From Mobula hypostoma (Eukaryota), in assembly GCF_963921235.1 (NCBI RefSeq), contig NC_086108.1, positions 112,594,001 through 112,658,000 on the forward strand: a stretch of DNA of 64,000 nt, given 5' to 3'. Made by a program: the position numbers and the translations under genes. Shown one piece after another: positions 24,340-37,180 of the stretch (the first letter of the stretch is position 1; every line of letters begins with the position of its first letter). Under the pieces are notes generated by a model. The model was not told the DNA's origin and did no database searches. It saw nothing but the letters and a program-made list of their open reading frames with translations.

Positions 24340-27174
24340 CCCCCACCCCCAGAACCGCTGATACCTCCCCCAATGTCCACAGTCTGGATCGGCCTCTGTT
24401 TGGGAGGTCTGCCCCTGTGCCGCGGTGCCTGAGCCTGGACCGGTTGCGCCAAGTCCACATGGGCCGGTTTGAGTCGGTCCACCGTGAAAACCTCCTCTCT
24501 TCCCCCAATGTCCAGCACGAATGTGGACCCGTTGTTCCCGATCACCTTAAACGGCCCCTCGTAGGGCCGCTGTAGCGGTGCCCGGTGTCCGCCCCGTCGT
24601 ACAAAAAGAAACTTACAGTTCTGCAGGTCTTTGGGTACGCAGGTCGGGCTCTGTCCGTGCTGTGAACTGGGTATGGGGGCCAGGTTACCGAGCCTCTCCC
24701 GTAGTCTGTCCAGGACTGCTGTGGGTTCTTCCTCTTGCCCCTTGGGGCTGGTATGAACTCTCCTGGGACGACCAGGGGTGTGCCGTACACCAACTCGGCC
24801 GACGAGGTGTGCAGATCCTCCTTGGGCGCCGTGCGGATTCCGAGCAGGACTCAGGGTAGCTCGTCCACCCAGTTAGGCCCCTCCAGGCGGGCCATGAGAG
24901 CCGATTTCAGGTGACGGGTGAAACGCTCCACTAGTCCGTTCGACTGTGGGTGGTAGGCAGTTGTGTGGTGTAGCTGTGTTCCTAAAAGGCTGGCCATAGC
25001 TGACCACAGGCTGGAGGTGAACTGGGTGCCCCTGTCAGAGGTAATGTGGGCTGGTACCCTGAAGCGTGCTACCCAGGTTGCGATCAGTGCTTGGGCGCAA
25101 GATTCGGAGGTGGTGTCGCTGAGCGGGACTGCCTCTGGCCATCTGGTGAACCGGTCCATCATAGTTAGGAGGTACTGTGCTCCTCGTACACTGGCAGGGG
25201 CCCCACGATATCCACATGGATGTGGTCGAACCTCCAGCGGGTGGGTTCGAACCGCTGCGGCGGAGCCTTGGTGTGCCGCTGCACCTTGGCCGTTTGGCAC
25301 TGCATACACGTTTTGGCCCATTCACTGACCTGCTTACGAAGTCCATGCCACACGAACCTGTTGGAGACCAGCCGGACGGTTGTCCTGATGGAGGGGTGCG
25401 CTAAGTTGTGAATGGATTCGAAAACCTGCCGGCGCCAGGCTGCTGGGACGACGGGGCGGGGTTGGCCAGTAGCTACGTCACACAGTAGGGTCCTCTCACC
25501 TGGGCCTACGGGGAGGTCTTGGAGCTGTAAACTGGAGACTGCAGTCCTGTAACTGGGGATCTCAGCGTCTGCCTGCTGTGCCTCTGCCAGCGCTGCATAG
25601 TCCACCCCCTGGGACAGGGCCTGTATGGTAGGTCTGGAAAGTGCGTCTGCCACGACATTGTTCTTTCCAGAGACATGCCGGATGTCCGTCGTGTACTCGG
25701 AGATGTAGGACAGATGTCGCTGCTGGCGGGACGACCAGGGGTCGGACACCTTCGTGAATGCAAAGGTAAGTGGTTTGTGGTCTGTGAACGCGGTGAAGGG
25801 CCTACCTTCCAAGAAGTACCTGAAATGCCGGATTGCCAGGTATAGTGCCAATAGCTCCTGGTCGAAAGCACTGTATTTGAGTTCGGGTGGTCGTAGGTGT
25901 TTGCTGAAGAACGCCAGGGGTTGCCAGCGACCCTCGATGAGTTGTTCCAGTATTCCATCGACCGCTGTGTTGGGTCGGAGGACCGCGTCTACCTTGGCGG
26001 GCAGCGGGGTTGCCCCGTCTTTAGTAATCCTGTGGCCCAGGAAGTCGATGTTGTCGAGTCCGAACTGGCATTTGGCTGGGTTGATTGTAAGGCCGAATTC
26101 GCTCAGGCGGGAGTAGAGCTGGCGGAGGTGGGACAGATGCTCCTGCCGACTACTGCTGGCTATGAGGATGTCGTCCAAATAGATGAAGGCAAAGTCCAGG
26201 TCGCGTCCCACCGCGTCCATTAGCCGCTGGAAAGTCTGTGCAGCATTCTTTAGACCAAACGGCATTCGGAGGAATTCGAAAAGTCTGAACGGGGTGATAA
26301 GTGCTGTTTTGGGGATGTCGTCCGGATGTACAGGGATTTGATGGTATCCCCAGACAAGGTCTACCTTGGAAAAGATCCTTGCGCCGTGTAGGTTTGCTGC
26401 GAAGTCTTGAATGTGCGGCACAGGGTAGCGGTCTGGCGTTGTAGCATCGTTCAGTCTGCGGTAGTCACCGCATGGTCTCCAGCCCCCCGTTGCCTTGGGC
26501 ACCATGTGAAGAGGGGAGGCCCATGGGCTGTCGGACCGTCGTATGATCCCCAATTCCTCCATCTTCTTGAACTCCTCCTTCGCCAGTTGGAGCTTGTCTG
26601 GGGGAAGCCTTCGAGCACAGGCGTGGAGGGGTGGTCCCTGGGTCGGGATGTGGTGCTGTACTCCGTGTCTGGGCATGGCTGCTGTGAACTGCGGTGTCAG
26701 TACTGATGGGAAATCCGCCAGGACCCTGGTGAATTCATCGTCGGACAGCGTGATGGAGTCCAGGTGTGGGGCTGGCAACTGTGTTTCACCCAGGGAGAAC
26801 GTTTGAAAAGTCTTGGTGTGGACTAATCGCTTCCCTTGCAAGTCGACCAGCAGGCTGTGGGCTCGTAGAAAATCTGCCCCCAGCAGTGGTTGGGCCACGG
26901 CGGCCAGTGTGAAGTCCCACGTGAACCGGCTGGAGCTGAACTGTAGCCGCACCGTGCGGGTGCCGTAGGTTCGTATAGTGCTGCCATTAGCGGCCCTCAG
27001 GGTGGGTCCCGGTTCTCTGTTGCGGGTGTCGTAATTCGTTGGAGGTAAGACGCTGATCTCCGCTCCGGTGTCGACCAAAAAGCGGCGTCCTGACTGCTTG
27101 TCCCAGACGTACAGGAGGCTGTCCTGATGGCCAGCCGCCGTAGCCATCAGCGGCGGCTGGCCCTGGCATTTCCC
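24340..27174 (-). pseudogene. pol: pol (protease, RT, RNase H, integrase) with an internal deletion and frameshifts
   Basis: [47 protein letters not shown] and NGLVERF. Frameshift near 25190 and more downstream. Confidence 0.93.
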
Positions 27175-27851
27175 GGGAATTTGCAGGGCGGTCTGCAGCG
27201 GCGGGCCTCTGTGCCCCACCGCTGGTGGTAGAAACACCATTGTTCGTTGGGCTCCTCACTCCCGTCGCCGGGTTTTGTAGGCTCTGCTGCCGGGCCTGGT
27301 CTGGTCTGTCATTGGGCACATGGTTTGGTGATCTGTGCGACGGATGCCCCTCTCTCTTTCCTGGCATTCCACAGCACATCTGCTCGGGCCGCCACCTCCC
27401 GGGGGTTGCTGAAATCTGCGTCGGACAGCAGCAGGCATATGTCCTCGGGCAGTTGCTCTAGGAACGCCTGCTCAAACATGAGGCAGGGTTTGTGCCCTTC
27501 AACCAGGGCCAGCATCTCGTTCATTAATGCTGACGGCGGCCTGTTTCCCAAACCATCCAGGTGCATTAAGCGGCGTGCTCGTTCGCGCCGTGAGAGTCCG
27601 AAAGTCCTTATGAGCAGGGTTTTGAATGTTGTGTATTTGCCGTTCTCCGGGGGCTACTGTATAAACTCCTCAACTTGTGCAGCAGTCTCTTGGTCGAGTG
27701 AGCTCAGCACGTAGTAGTAGCAAGTGGACTCCGAGGTTATCTGCCGAATGTGGAATTGAGCTTCTGCTTGTTCGAACCATAATTGGGATCGCAGCGTCCA
27801 AAAGCTTGGCAGTTTTAACGAAACTGCGTGAACAGATGCGGCGTCAGTCAT
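27147..27851 (-). pseudogene. gag: gag (single frame, two premature stops at 27654 and 27309)
   Basis: MTDAASVHAVSLKLPSFW...WFEQAEAQF...[19 protein letters not shown], a C-X2-H-X9-C-X3-C (CHCC) knuckle. Confidence 0.88.
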
Positions 27852-27875
27852 CTCTGGTCCAAATATCGTTTGGGC

Positions 27876-27889
27876 CGTTGGGGTCACCA
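27876..27889 (-). other. Primer binding site, tRNA-Trp type
   Basis: TGGTGACCCCAACG versus TGGTGACCCCGACG, the complement of the tRNA-Trp 3' end; 2 nt from the LTR. Confidence 0.85.
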
Positions 27890-27891
27890 AT

Positions 27892-28176
27892 TGTAGCGGT
27901 GTGCTACACACAGCGCTAGAATAACCACACGGAGTCGGTGAGTTAGAGTTGCGATGAAAGAGATTTATTCAAACTTCGTGGCCTGCTTTAAAGCCTCCCC
28001 GTTCCCGCCCTCCCTGGGGCGGGACTGCTGTGGGGAATGCATATTCCCAGACCATTTCCGCGCGGGATTTTCCCCCCTGCTGGTGAAGATGGCCTGGTGC
28101 CCTTTCTGGGGCCGGCCCTCTGCCTGAGCGTGCTGTTGTGAGCCGGTTCGAGTGAGCCGGAAACTGGGTCGGCACA
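27892..28176 (-). repeat. 5' LTR (285 bp)
   Basis: TG..CA termini; minus-strand TTTAAA and AATAAA signals. Confidence 0.95.
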
Positions 28177-28759
28177 ATACTTTGTTTAGTGTTCACCAGT
28201 AAGGGGGACATTACCATTTGTGAGGACAGCGTAAAGCAGCCCGATATGCCGCAGCATATGGTGGAACACAACATGCTAAAACTTCTGAAAAATATTTTCA
28301 TCCAGGATAGCCTCTGGGAGCGATGCCTCAGAAAGGCGGCATCCGTCATGAAGGATCCCATCACCCAGGTCATGTTCTCTTCTCATTGTTACCATCAGGG
28401 TGGTGGTACAGAAAGCTGAAGATTCAGGAGCAGCTCCTTCCCCTCCGCATCAGGTTTCTGAATGGACAAGGAACCCATCAACACCACCTCTCTACTTTTT
28501 ATGCACTACTTCTTTAACACACGCACACACACACCCACACACGCACAATATACACAGTGTATATGTATATATTTACTGTAATACCATTTTACCAGTGTAT
28601 ATGTATATATTTACTGTAATACCATTGCTTTGCAATATACTGCTGCCACATCACAACAAATTTCACGACATATGCTAGTGATATTAAACCTGATTCTGAT
28701 TCTGATCCTGATCGATAAGGCACTGACGGCCCGACAGGATGTACCCCAGGTTACTATGC

Positions 28760-30230
28760 GAAACGAGAGACGAGATTACTGCATCTTTGGCAATAATCTT
28801 TGCATCTCACTAGCCGTAGGAGTAGATCCTGATGATTAGAGGGTGACAAATGTTATTCCTTTGTTCAAAAAAGGGAGTAGGGATGATCCTGGGAATTATA
28901 GACCAGTGAGTCTTACTTAAGTGGTGGGCAAATTATTGGGAAAGTTTTTAAAGATAGGATTTACAAGCATTTGGAGAAGCAGAGTCTGGTTATGGATAGT
29001 CAACGTGGCTTTGCCTTCATGCCTCACGAGCCTGACTGAATTTGTTGAGGACGTGACAGAGCATATTGATGAAGGTAGAGCAGTGGATGTGGTGAATATA
29101 AGATGTTTGATAAGCTTTTCCATGATAGGCTCAGAGAGTCAGAAAGCATGGGATCCGGGCGAATGTAGCTGTGTGACTTGCCCATGGAAGGCAAAGGGTG
29201 GCAGTAGATGGAGAGTATTTTGCCCAGAGGTCAGTGACCTGTAGTGTTCTGCAGAGATCAGTTTTGGGACCCCTGGCACATAACTTTCCAGCAAAGTTTG
29301 CAAATGATACGAAGATAGGTGGAGGGGTAGGTAGTGCTGAGGAAGCAATGCGATTGCAGCAGGACTAAGACAAATTGGAAGAATGGGTAAAAAAGGTGGC
29401 AGATGGAATACAGTGTTGGGAAATGTACGATAATGCATTTTGGTAAAAGAAACAATAGTGCGGACTATTATCTAAATGGGGAGAAGGTTCAAACATCAGA
29501 GGTGCAGAGGAACTTAGGAGTCCTCGTGCAAGACTCCCAGAAGGTTAATTTACAGGTTGAGCCTGTGGTGAAGAAGGCAAATGCAATGTTGACATTTATT
29601 TCAAGGGGAATAGAATATAAAAGCAAGGAGATAATGCTGAGGCTTTATAAGACACTAGTCAGACTGCACTTGGAGTATTGTCAACAGTTGGTGCCCCATA
29701 CCTCGGAAAGGAGGTGTTGTCATTGGAGAGAGTCCAGAGGAGGTTTACGAGTTTGATTCTGGGAATGAAGGGGTTAACATATGAGGAGATTTCGCTCCTT
29801 TGGGCCTGTACTTACTGGAATTTAGAAGGATGCGGTGGGGGGGGGGGTGGGTGGCAGGAATCTCATTGAAACCTACCGAATATTGAAAAGACTAAATAGG
29901 GTGGATGTGGAGAGGATGTTTCCTATGGTGGGGGTACCCAGAACTAGAGGGCACGGCCTCAGAATTGATGGGTGATCCTTTAGAACAGAGGTAAGGAGGA
30001 ATTTTTTTTAGCAGTCTGTAGAATGCTCTGCCACAGACTGTGGAGGAGGCCAAGTCTGGGTGTATATTTAAGGCAGAAGTTGATCGTTTCCTGATCGGTC
30101 AGGGCATCAAAGGATTTGGCGAGAAGTTAAGTGTTTGGGGTTGAGTGGGATCCGGGATCAGCCATGATGGAATGGTGGAGCATATTTGATGGGCTGAATG
30201 GCCTAATTCTGCTCCTATGTCTTATGGTCT
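28760..30230 (+). mobile_element. CR1 LINE ORF2 RT and 3' fragments
   Basis: GNYRPVSLT, SCLTSLTEFVED, LYKTLVRLHLEYC and a CR1 tail. Confidence 0.85.
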
Positions 30231-30494
30231 TCCGACTCCCTGACTGCAATACTCTGCCTTCAAGTCCGACCTTCCAAATTGAATCACTTCACTCTTTTCC
30301 AGGTTGAAGGGGAAGGAATGACGTATAGCTTCAAAAGATCAAAAGGTAAATTGGTTTGGATGAGGATGAGAAATATGTCACAGGTGAGAGGGGTGTACTG
30401 CCCACCCCCTCCCACCCATCAACAGCTTTACTGCAGGTGAGGGTACACGTCACCGAACAGAGGGTTTAGTCAGAAAGTGCTGCAATAACTGGGG

Positions 30495-31010
30495 TGTATG
30501 GGGTGTCCAGGGAGGGGTAGCACCTCTGGTGGAGGGGCTCGTTGTGTCCATTCTGGGGCAGCTCACTCACCTTTGGTCCCCAGTGGAGACTCAGCTCTCT
30601 CCTGTGGCTCCAAGTAGCTGTTTTCAAGGACAGCAGCCACACCCTGGTACACCGCCTCGACAGGTGAGAGTAGCCACTGGTGAGATAGGGAGATGCCTGG
30701 CCAAGCACATGCAATCAGCTTCGGCAAACTGGGCGGATAATATCTACAGTGAGATCTCATGGCCAGGAAGGCAGTTTTGCAACACTCCACGCAGCGTAAA
30801 GGCCTCAACAAGGCACAGAGGTGGTCCTGGTCATCCACCACAATCAAGGAAGATCCCAGACCACTTGTACCACTGGTCCTGGACTTCCGAGCTCGAGAGG
30901 GCGGGACTGTCCCAGTGCGACAGTTTTTCCACTTTAAACCTCTCCCACACAGGGTTCCTGTCATCGTCTGATACAACAGGCAACCACCGTTCATTGCAAT
31001 AACTATAGGA
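30495..31010 (+). mobile_element. Unclassified dispersed repeat (relative of 650-4250 and 44755-45310)
   Basis: Shared cagctcactcacctttggtccc...gccacaccctggtacacc...tttttccactttaaa sequence. Confidence 0.6.
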
Positions 31011-31039
31011 CACGTTAACCATTGTTTTGATATAGGCAG

Positions 31040-31700
31040 GATGGTAGTTAAGGGAGTGGAATGCTCACCCTGTGAGATATGGGATTGCAAGGTACCCAAC
31101 GGTCTCCCTGATGACTACGTCTGTGGGAAGTGCATCCAACTTCAGCTCCTGACTGACAAGGTCAAGCAACTGGAGCTGGATACACTCAGGACAATCGTGG
31201 AGGTTGAAAACCTCATAGATGAGACTTCTACTGAGGTGGCAACAACCAGAGTGCAGGCTTCAGACAGTAGCTGGGTAACCTCCAGAAGTAAGGACAGTAA
31301 GCAGTTTGTGCTGGGTTCCCCAGTGGCCATTCCCCTCAGCCACAGGTATGCCCCACCTGGGGAGATGACCTATCAGAGCACAGCAGCAGGAGCCAGGCCA
31401 GTGACACTGTGGCCAGCTCTGGGGCCCAGCGGGGAAGGGTTAAGTCAGTATTATGTAATAAGAAAAAATGAATTAATGACCTCAATTTGGAAAAGCATGA
31501 TCACAGTGTGATAATATTTCAAAGTCAAATTGAGGATGAAAAATGTGGGACTGAAACTAGTGATCTAAATCTAAATAAACTTGATTACAATGGTATGAGG
31601 TCAGAATTGGCTCATGAGGACTTGGAAAATAAATTCAAGGATACATCAGTGGCAGATATTTCAAAAATCTCAGTAAAGATACATTCCAGTTATTGACACT
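31040..31700 (+). mobile_element. CR1 ORF1 (CxxC...CxxC zinc-finger) fragment with an ORF2 remnant
   Basis: VECSPCEIW...DDYVCGKCIQLQLLTDKVKQLE. Confidence 0.75.
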
Positions 31701-32700
31701 CCAAGAGGTTTGCATCATTGGTGGTTAATTCAGAAAATAAAGGATTGTACAGTTGCCAGCCTCCCCTCCAAAGTTCCAAGTGCATTTATCAAAGTATGCA
31801 CGTCTACCATACACAACCTTATAATCACAAGAATCTTTTCAAGGTAAGTTTAAGTTTAGCTTTATTTGTCACACGTACTTGAACCAGTGAAACATACAGT
31901 GAAATGCGCCGTTTGCATCAATGACGAACACAGTCCGAGGATGGGCTCCCGGTGCCAACACAGTATGCCCACAAATAACTAACCCTAACCCATACCTCTT
32001 TGGAATGTGGGTGGAAACCCATATGGTCATGGGGAGAACATACAAATTCCTTGCACACAGCGGTGAGATATGGACCACGATCTTCTGGCTGGCACTAACT
32101 GCTATGCTACTGTGCCAGTCACAGAACAGAGATGAGGAGGAATTTCTTTAACCAGAGAGTGGCGAATCTGTGGAATTCTTTGCCACAGGCAGCTGTGGAG
32201 GCCAACTTTATGTATATTAAGGGCAGAAATTGATCGATTCTTGTTTCGTCAGGTCGTGAATGGATAAGGGAGAAAGCAGGAGAGGAAAATTCAATCAGCC
32301 ATGATGGAATGGTGGATCAGATGTGATGGGCCAAATGGCCTAATTCTGCCCCTATATCCTATGGTCTGATGGTGTTATACATCATCAAGGCCACCAACAT
32401 TAAACTTTAAACAGCCGTCTTGGCAATGTAATGACAGTGAGATATTTTGTGTACTTTGGAAGGTATTGAAGAAACCATTGTTCATCAAAAACGCTAACCA
32501 TAATAAAGTATACGAGGGTGATGATTTTGAGTTTAACATTTCACATTAACAATCCAAACTTCATTGTTGATGTTTGCAATGCACAGGACAATTAAATCAT
32601 TATTATTCCATTCCTTTTGTTTAGAACAGAAATCGGCATCTGAAAAACATTATCCATTAATTACCTCAGCTATGGACTAAGTCTCAATATTTTTAATATA

Positions 32701-33896
32701 CAGCCGCTTCTAGTTAATAGGGCCACTAACCCTGACCCTAAGGGAGCCGCTTATTTGGGACAACTCTTAAAGAACAAAAACGATTGAGAAGATAATGGGG
32801 ATTCTCTTTACTTATTTTGGACATTATGCTGCATAATTGGGGCAAAAGACTGTTCAAAGTTCAAAAAAAGTTTAGAGTAAATTTATGATCAAAGTACGGA
32901 TATGCCACCATATATAACCCTGAGCTTCATTTTCTTGCGGGCATACTCAATAAATCCATAACAGAATAATATCCGTAATAGAATCAATGGAAGACTGCAC
33001 CAACTTGGGCATTCAAACAGTACGTAAAGACAACAAATTATGCAAATACAAATATAAATAATAACAATAAATAAATTCGCAATGAATACTGAGAATCCGA
33101 GATGAAGAGTCATTGACGGTGAGTCCATAGGTTGTGGGAACAGTTCACTGATGGAGTGAGTGACGTTATCCCCTCTGGTTCAAGAGCCTGATAGTTGAAG
33201 GGTAATAACTGTTCCTGAACCTGGTGGTGTGGATCCTGAGGCTCCCATACCTCCTTCCCAAACAATTTCTAATTAGCATCAGTCGCCTACGTGCCATGTG
33301 GCCATTAAAACACTACACTATGCTCTGAGTGAACAGTTTTAAAATAGCATCAGTTGTGTGTGTTTGTGTTCAAAAAGCTGTGATTTTTGCCACTGATATT
33401 GCTGAGAAATGAGCAGTAGACAATTCAGAACTGTTTTGCTCGCTGTGGTTTCAAGCATTCAGGCTCAGAGATGCCAGAAGTGGCCATAGTCAGCAACAAT
33501 GAAGAATCTGAAGGTATCTACAATCATCTTGAATGTTACAATGAAAATGAAGATTTGGAGTATGCAATCATCAAAAACATTCTGTGAAAGCAGCCCATTA
33601 TCTGCACTCGGTGTCTGCGCTGATTTTTCAAATTTACAGTCAATCAAAAGAAAACGACAGCCTACACTGGATGAATTCCTCCATTGATATCTGTTCGGAA
33701 CTAATACAGTTTCATAGTACTGTAGCAGTATTGATAATGTTCTAATTTGTTCTGTATTTCACTTAAATACATAATTTGTTACTCAGTTAAATGGTAGTTT
33801 GTCTTTTTATACCTTTTTAACTATTTCCATGAAAGTTCAGCTAATTGAGCCAGAATGTACTGGTCCTGATGTGCCCCAATTAACTGGAATCCATGG
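32701..33896 (+). mobile_element. Non-autonomous Tigger/pogo-like DNA transposon, interrupted by a Rex1 tail (32855-33260, -)
   Basis: TA-flanked imperfect TIRs (cagccgcttctagttaatagggccac / gtgccccaattaactggaatccatgg). Remnants TIQNCFARCGF and RQPTLDEFL. Confidence 0.7.
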
Positions 33897-34777
33897 TATT
33901 TTATTTTGCACCAGCTTATCGGATATTTGGCCTGGACAGATTTCACTTTCTTGGTGGGCTGAGGATTTTGAGTTGGGCATCGGACAAAGACTGCTTTAGT
34001 TTCCCTCGCCATTCCAAATGTTATTTCTCAAAACAACACCAGCACCTCATCAGAGGCCTGGCGAGGCCTCGGAGACAGGGTGGGGCCTGCCATCATTTCC
34101 GGCCTCTGAAATATGGCTCAAGGTGCAGATCTTGTACACAAACAGCAGAAACTAATCAAAAGCAACACACACAAACTGCTGGAGCAACTCAGCAGGTCAG
34201 GCACTTATGAAACTGAATAAACAGTCGAGACCCTTCTTCAGGACAGGAAAGGAAGGCGGAAGATGCCGGAACAAAAAGGGAGGAAGGAGTGTAAAGTAGA
34301 AAGTGATGAGTGAAGCCAGGTGGGTAGGAAAGGTAAAGGGCTGGAGGGGAATCAAAGCCAGCTCTCTTGCAACCAGCCAGTAAATGTCCTTTTAAAGGAT
34401 TTCCTAAGTACATTTGTTATTTGTTTAAGAATATAAGAAACTGGAGAAGGATTTGTCTCTCGCAGGTGCTCCACCTTTCCATAAAAACATAGCTGATCAG
34501 GAACACAAGAGATTCTGCAGATGCTGGAAATCCAGAGCAACACACACAAAATGCTGGTCAGGCAGCATCTATGGAAACTAATCAGTCGATGTTTTGTCTG
34601 CAGATGGCCCCTGGATCCCCTCCTCCTTCCCTCCCTACACGGTCCATCATCCTCTCCTATCAGAGATTCCTTCTTCTCCAGTCCTTCCTCCTATCACCTC
34701 TCAGCTTCTTACTTCATCCCCCCTCACCTGGTCTCACCTGTCACCTGCCAGCTTGTACTATCACCTCTCAGCTTCTT

Positions 34778-35345
34778 AGATAGATAGATGGATAGATAGA
34801 TAGATAGACATACTTTATTGATCCCGAGGGAAATTAAGTTTCGTTACAGTTGCACCAACCAAGAATAGAGTATAAATATAGCAATATAAAAACCATAAAT
34901 AATTAAATAATAATATGTAAATTATGCCAGATGGAAATAAGTCCAGGACCAGCCTATTGGCTCATGGTGTCTGACCCTCCAAGGGAGGAGTTGTAAAGTT
35001 TGATGGTCACAGGCAGGAATGACTTCCTATGATGCTCAGTGCTGCATCTCGGTGGAATGAGTCTCTGGCTGAATGTACTCCTGTGCCCAACCAGTACATT
35101 ATGTAGTGGATGGGAGACATTGTCCAAGATGGCATGCAACTTAGACAGCATCCTCTTTTCAGATACCACCGCCAGAGAGTCCAGTTCCATCCCCACAACA
35201 TCACTGGCCTTATGAATGAGTTTGTTGATTCTGTTGGTGTCTGCTACCCTCAGCCTGCTGCCCCAGCACACAACAGCAAACATGATAGCACTGGCCACCA
35301 CAGACTTGTAGAACATCCTCAGCATCGTCCGACAGATGTTAAAGG
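34778..35345 (-). mobile_element. Rex1-like LINE 3' end with a (CTAT)n tail, inside a Penelope-derived fragment
   Basis: MLRMFYKSVVASAIMFAVVCWG...HPLH...SFLPVTIKLYN. Confidence 0.8.
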
Positions 35346-36509
35346 ACATCTGTACTTCATCCCCCCTCACCTGGTCTCACCTGTCACCTGCCAGCTTGTA
35401 CTCCTTCCCCTCCCCAACCTTCCTGTCTGGTCCTGATGAAAGATCTCTGCATGAAATGTCAACTGTTTGTTCCCTGAAAGAGTGGACAGCCAAGCAACTT
35501 TCTCCAGGACAGAAATGGCTAATATGACATGGCACTTGAAGGTAACTGGAGAAGAGTAGAGGGGGGATATCAAAGGGAGGTGTTTTACACAGAGTGCTGG
35601 GTGCATGGAACGTACTACTGAGGGCGGTGCTGCAGGCAGATACATCAGGGAGTTTTAAAAATGGAGGGCTGTGTGGGAGGGAAGGGCAAGATTGATCTTA
35701 GAGTAGGTGAAAAGGTCGGCACCACATTGCGGGCCGAAGGGCCTGTACTGTGGTGTTCTGTTCTATATTCTGTCTGGCAAAAGTGACCATTATTTGCAGT
35801 AAGGTGAGCTAACTGGTCACTGTAAATTGTCTCCAGCGTGGGCGAGGGGTAGCATCAAAGTTCAAAGTTCAGAGTAAATTTATTATCAACATACATATAT
35901 GTCACCATATACAACCCTGAGGTTCATTGTCTTGTGGGCATTCACAGTAAATCCATAATGGAATTATAACCATCACTGAATCACTGAAAGATCACACTGC
36001 CTTCGGCAGTCAATCTGTGTACAAAAATAAAGAGAAAGAAATAATAATAGTAATAATAAATAAGCGATAAATATTGAGAACCTGAGATGAAGAGTCCTTG
36101 AAAGGGAGCTTATTGGTTGTGGGAACAGTTCAGTGATGGGGTGCGTGAAGTTGAGTGAGGTGATCCCGTTTTTTTCAAGAGCCTGATGGTTCGGAGGTAA
36201 TGACTGTTCCTGAACCGGGTGGTATGAGTTCCGGCGCTCCAGCACCTTCTTCCTGATGGCAGCAGCGAGAAGAGGCCTGGGTGGTGGGGGGTCCCTGATG
36301 ATGGATCTGGGAGGATTTGGGGAGAGAATGGGTTCCAGGGAGTGAATAGGTGGAATGTAATTGCTCAAGTATGAGCAGAATCTAAATGGTTCTAATAGAG
36401 GATTAGAGTAAATAGCCGATGAATGATCGGTGCAGACTCGATGGATTGAAAGTGCTGTGTCTCGCTGTAACACCGATCTCTGACTGCCTGAGAGAGATCA
36501 GCAGTGGGA

Positions 36510-37180
36510 AAGGTGAGAGCCTCAAGTTCCTAGGAGTACACATCTCTGAGGAACTATCTGGGGCCCAACACATTGATGCAATTACAAAGAAGGCAAGCCA
36601 GCATCTCAAATTCATGAGGAGTTTGACGAGATTTTGGTACGTCACCAGAGAACTGAGCAAATTTCTACAGATGTACCGTGGAGGGCATTCTGACTGGCTG
36701 CATCGCACGCGTCATAGTCATAGTCATACTTTATCGATCCCAGGGGAAATTGGTTTTCGTTGGGAGGAGCAACTGCACAGGATTGGGAAAAGCTTCGGAA
36801 AGTTGTAAACTCAGCCAGCTCCATCATGGGCACTAGCCTCCCCAGCCATTAAGACACAATCAAAAGACAAGGCCTCAAAAAGGCAGCACCCATCATTAAC
36901 AAACCGCCATTACTCAGGACATACCCTCTTCTCATTGCTACGATTAAGGAGGAGGAACCAGGAGCCAGAGGACCCACACTCAATGTTTCAGGAACAGCTT
37001 CTTCCTCTCTGCCATCAGATTTCTGAATGGACCATGAACACTGCCTCATTTATTGCTCTCTTTTTGCACGACTTAATTAAAAAAATATATATTCTTATTG
37101 TAATTTATAGTTATTTTTAATGTATTGCACTGTTCTGCTGCGGGAGAACAAATTACACAACATAGTGCAGATTCAGATTC
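36510..37180 (+). mobile_element. Rex1/Babar-like LINE 3' fragment
   Basis: KFLGVHISEELS..HIDAITKKASQHL. Confidence 0.8.

Larger units (their letters stand above)
24060..28176 (-). mobile_element. Gypsy/Ty3 LTR retrotransposon, CsRn1/Kabuki/Boudicca-like, decayed, inserted into a CR1 fragment
   Basis: Two TG...CA LTRs, 4-bp TSD ATAC (24056-24059, 28177-28180), PBS, PPT and gag/PR/RT/RH/IN order. Confidence 0.95.

Noticed and set aside
34691..35402. Apparent 49-bp TSD around the Rex1-like LINE
   Set aside because: Better explained as a tandem duplication of about 67 bp whose second copy was split by the insertion.
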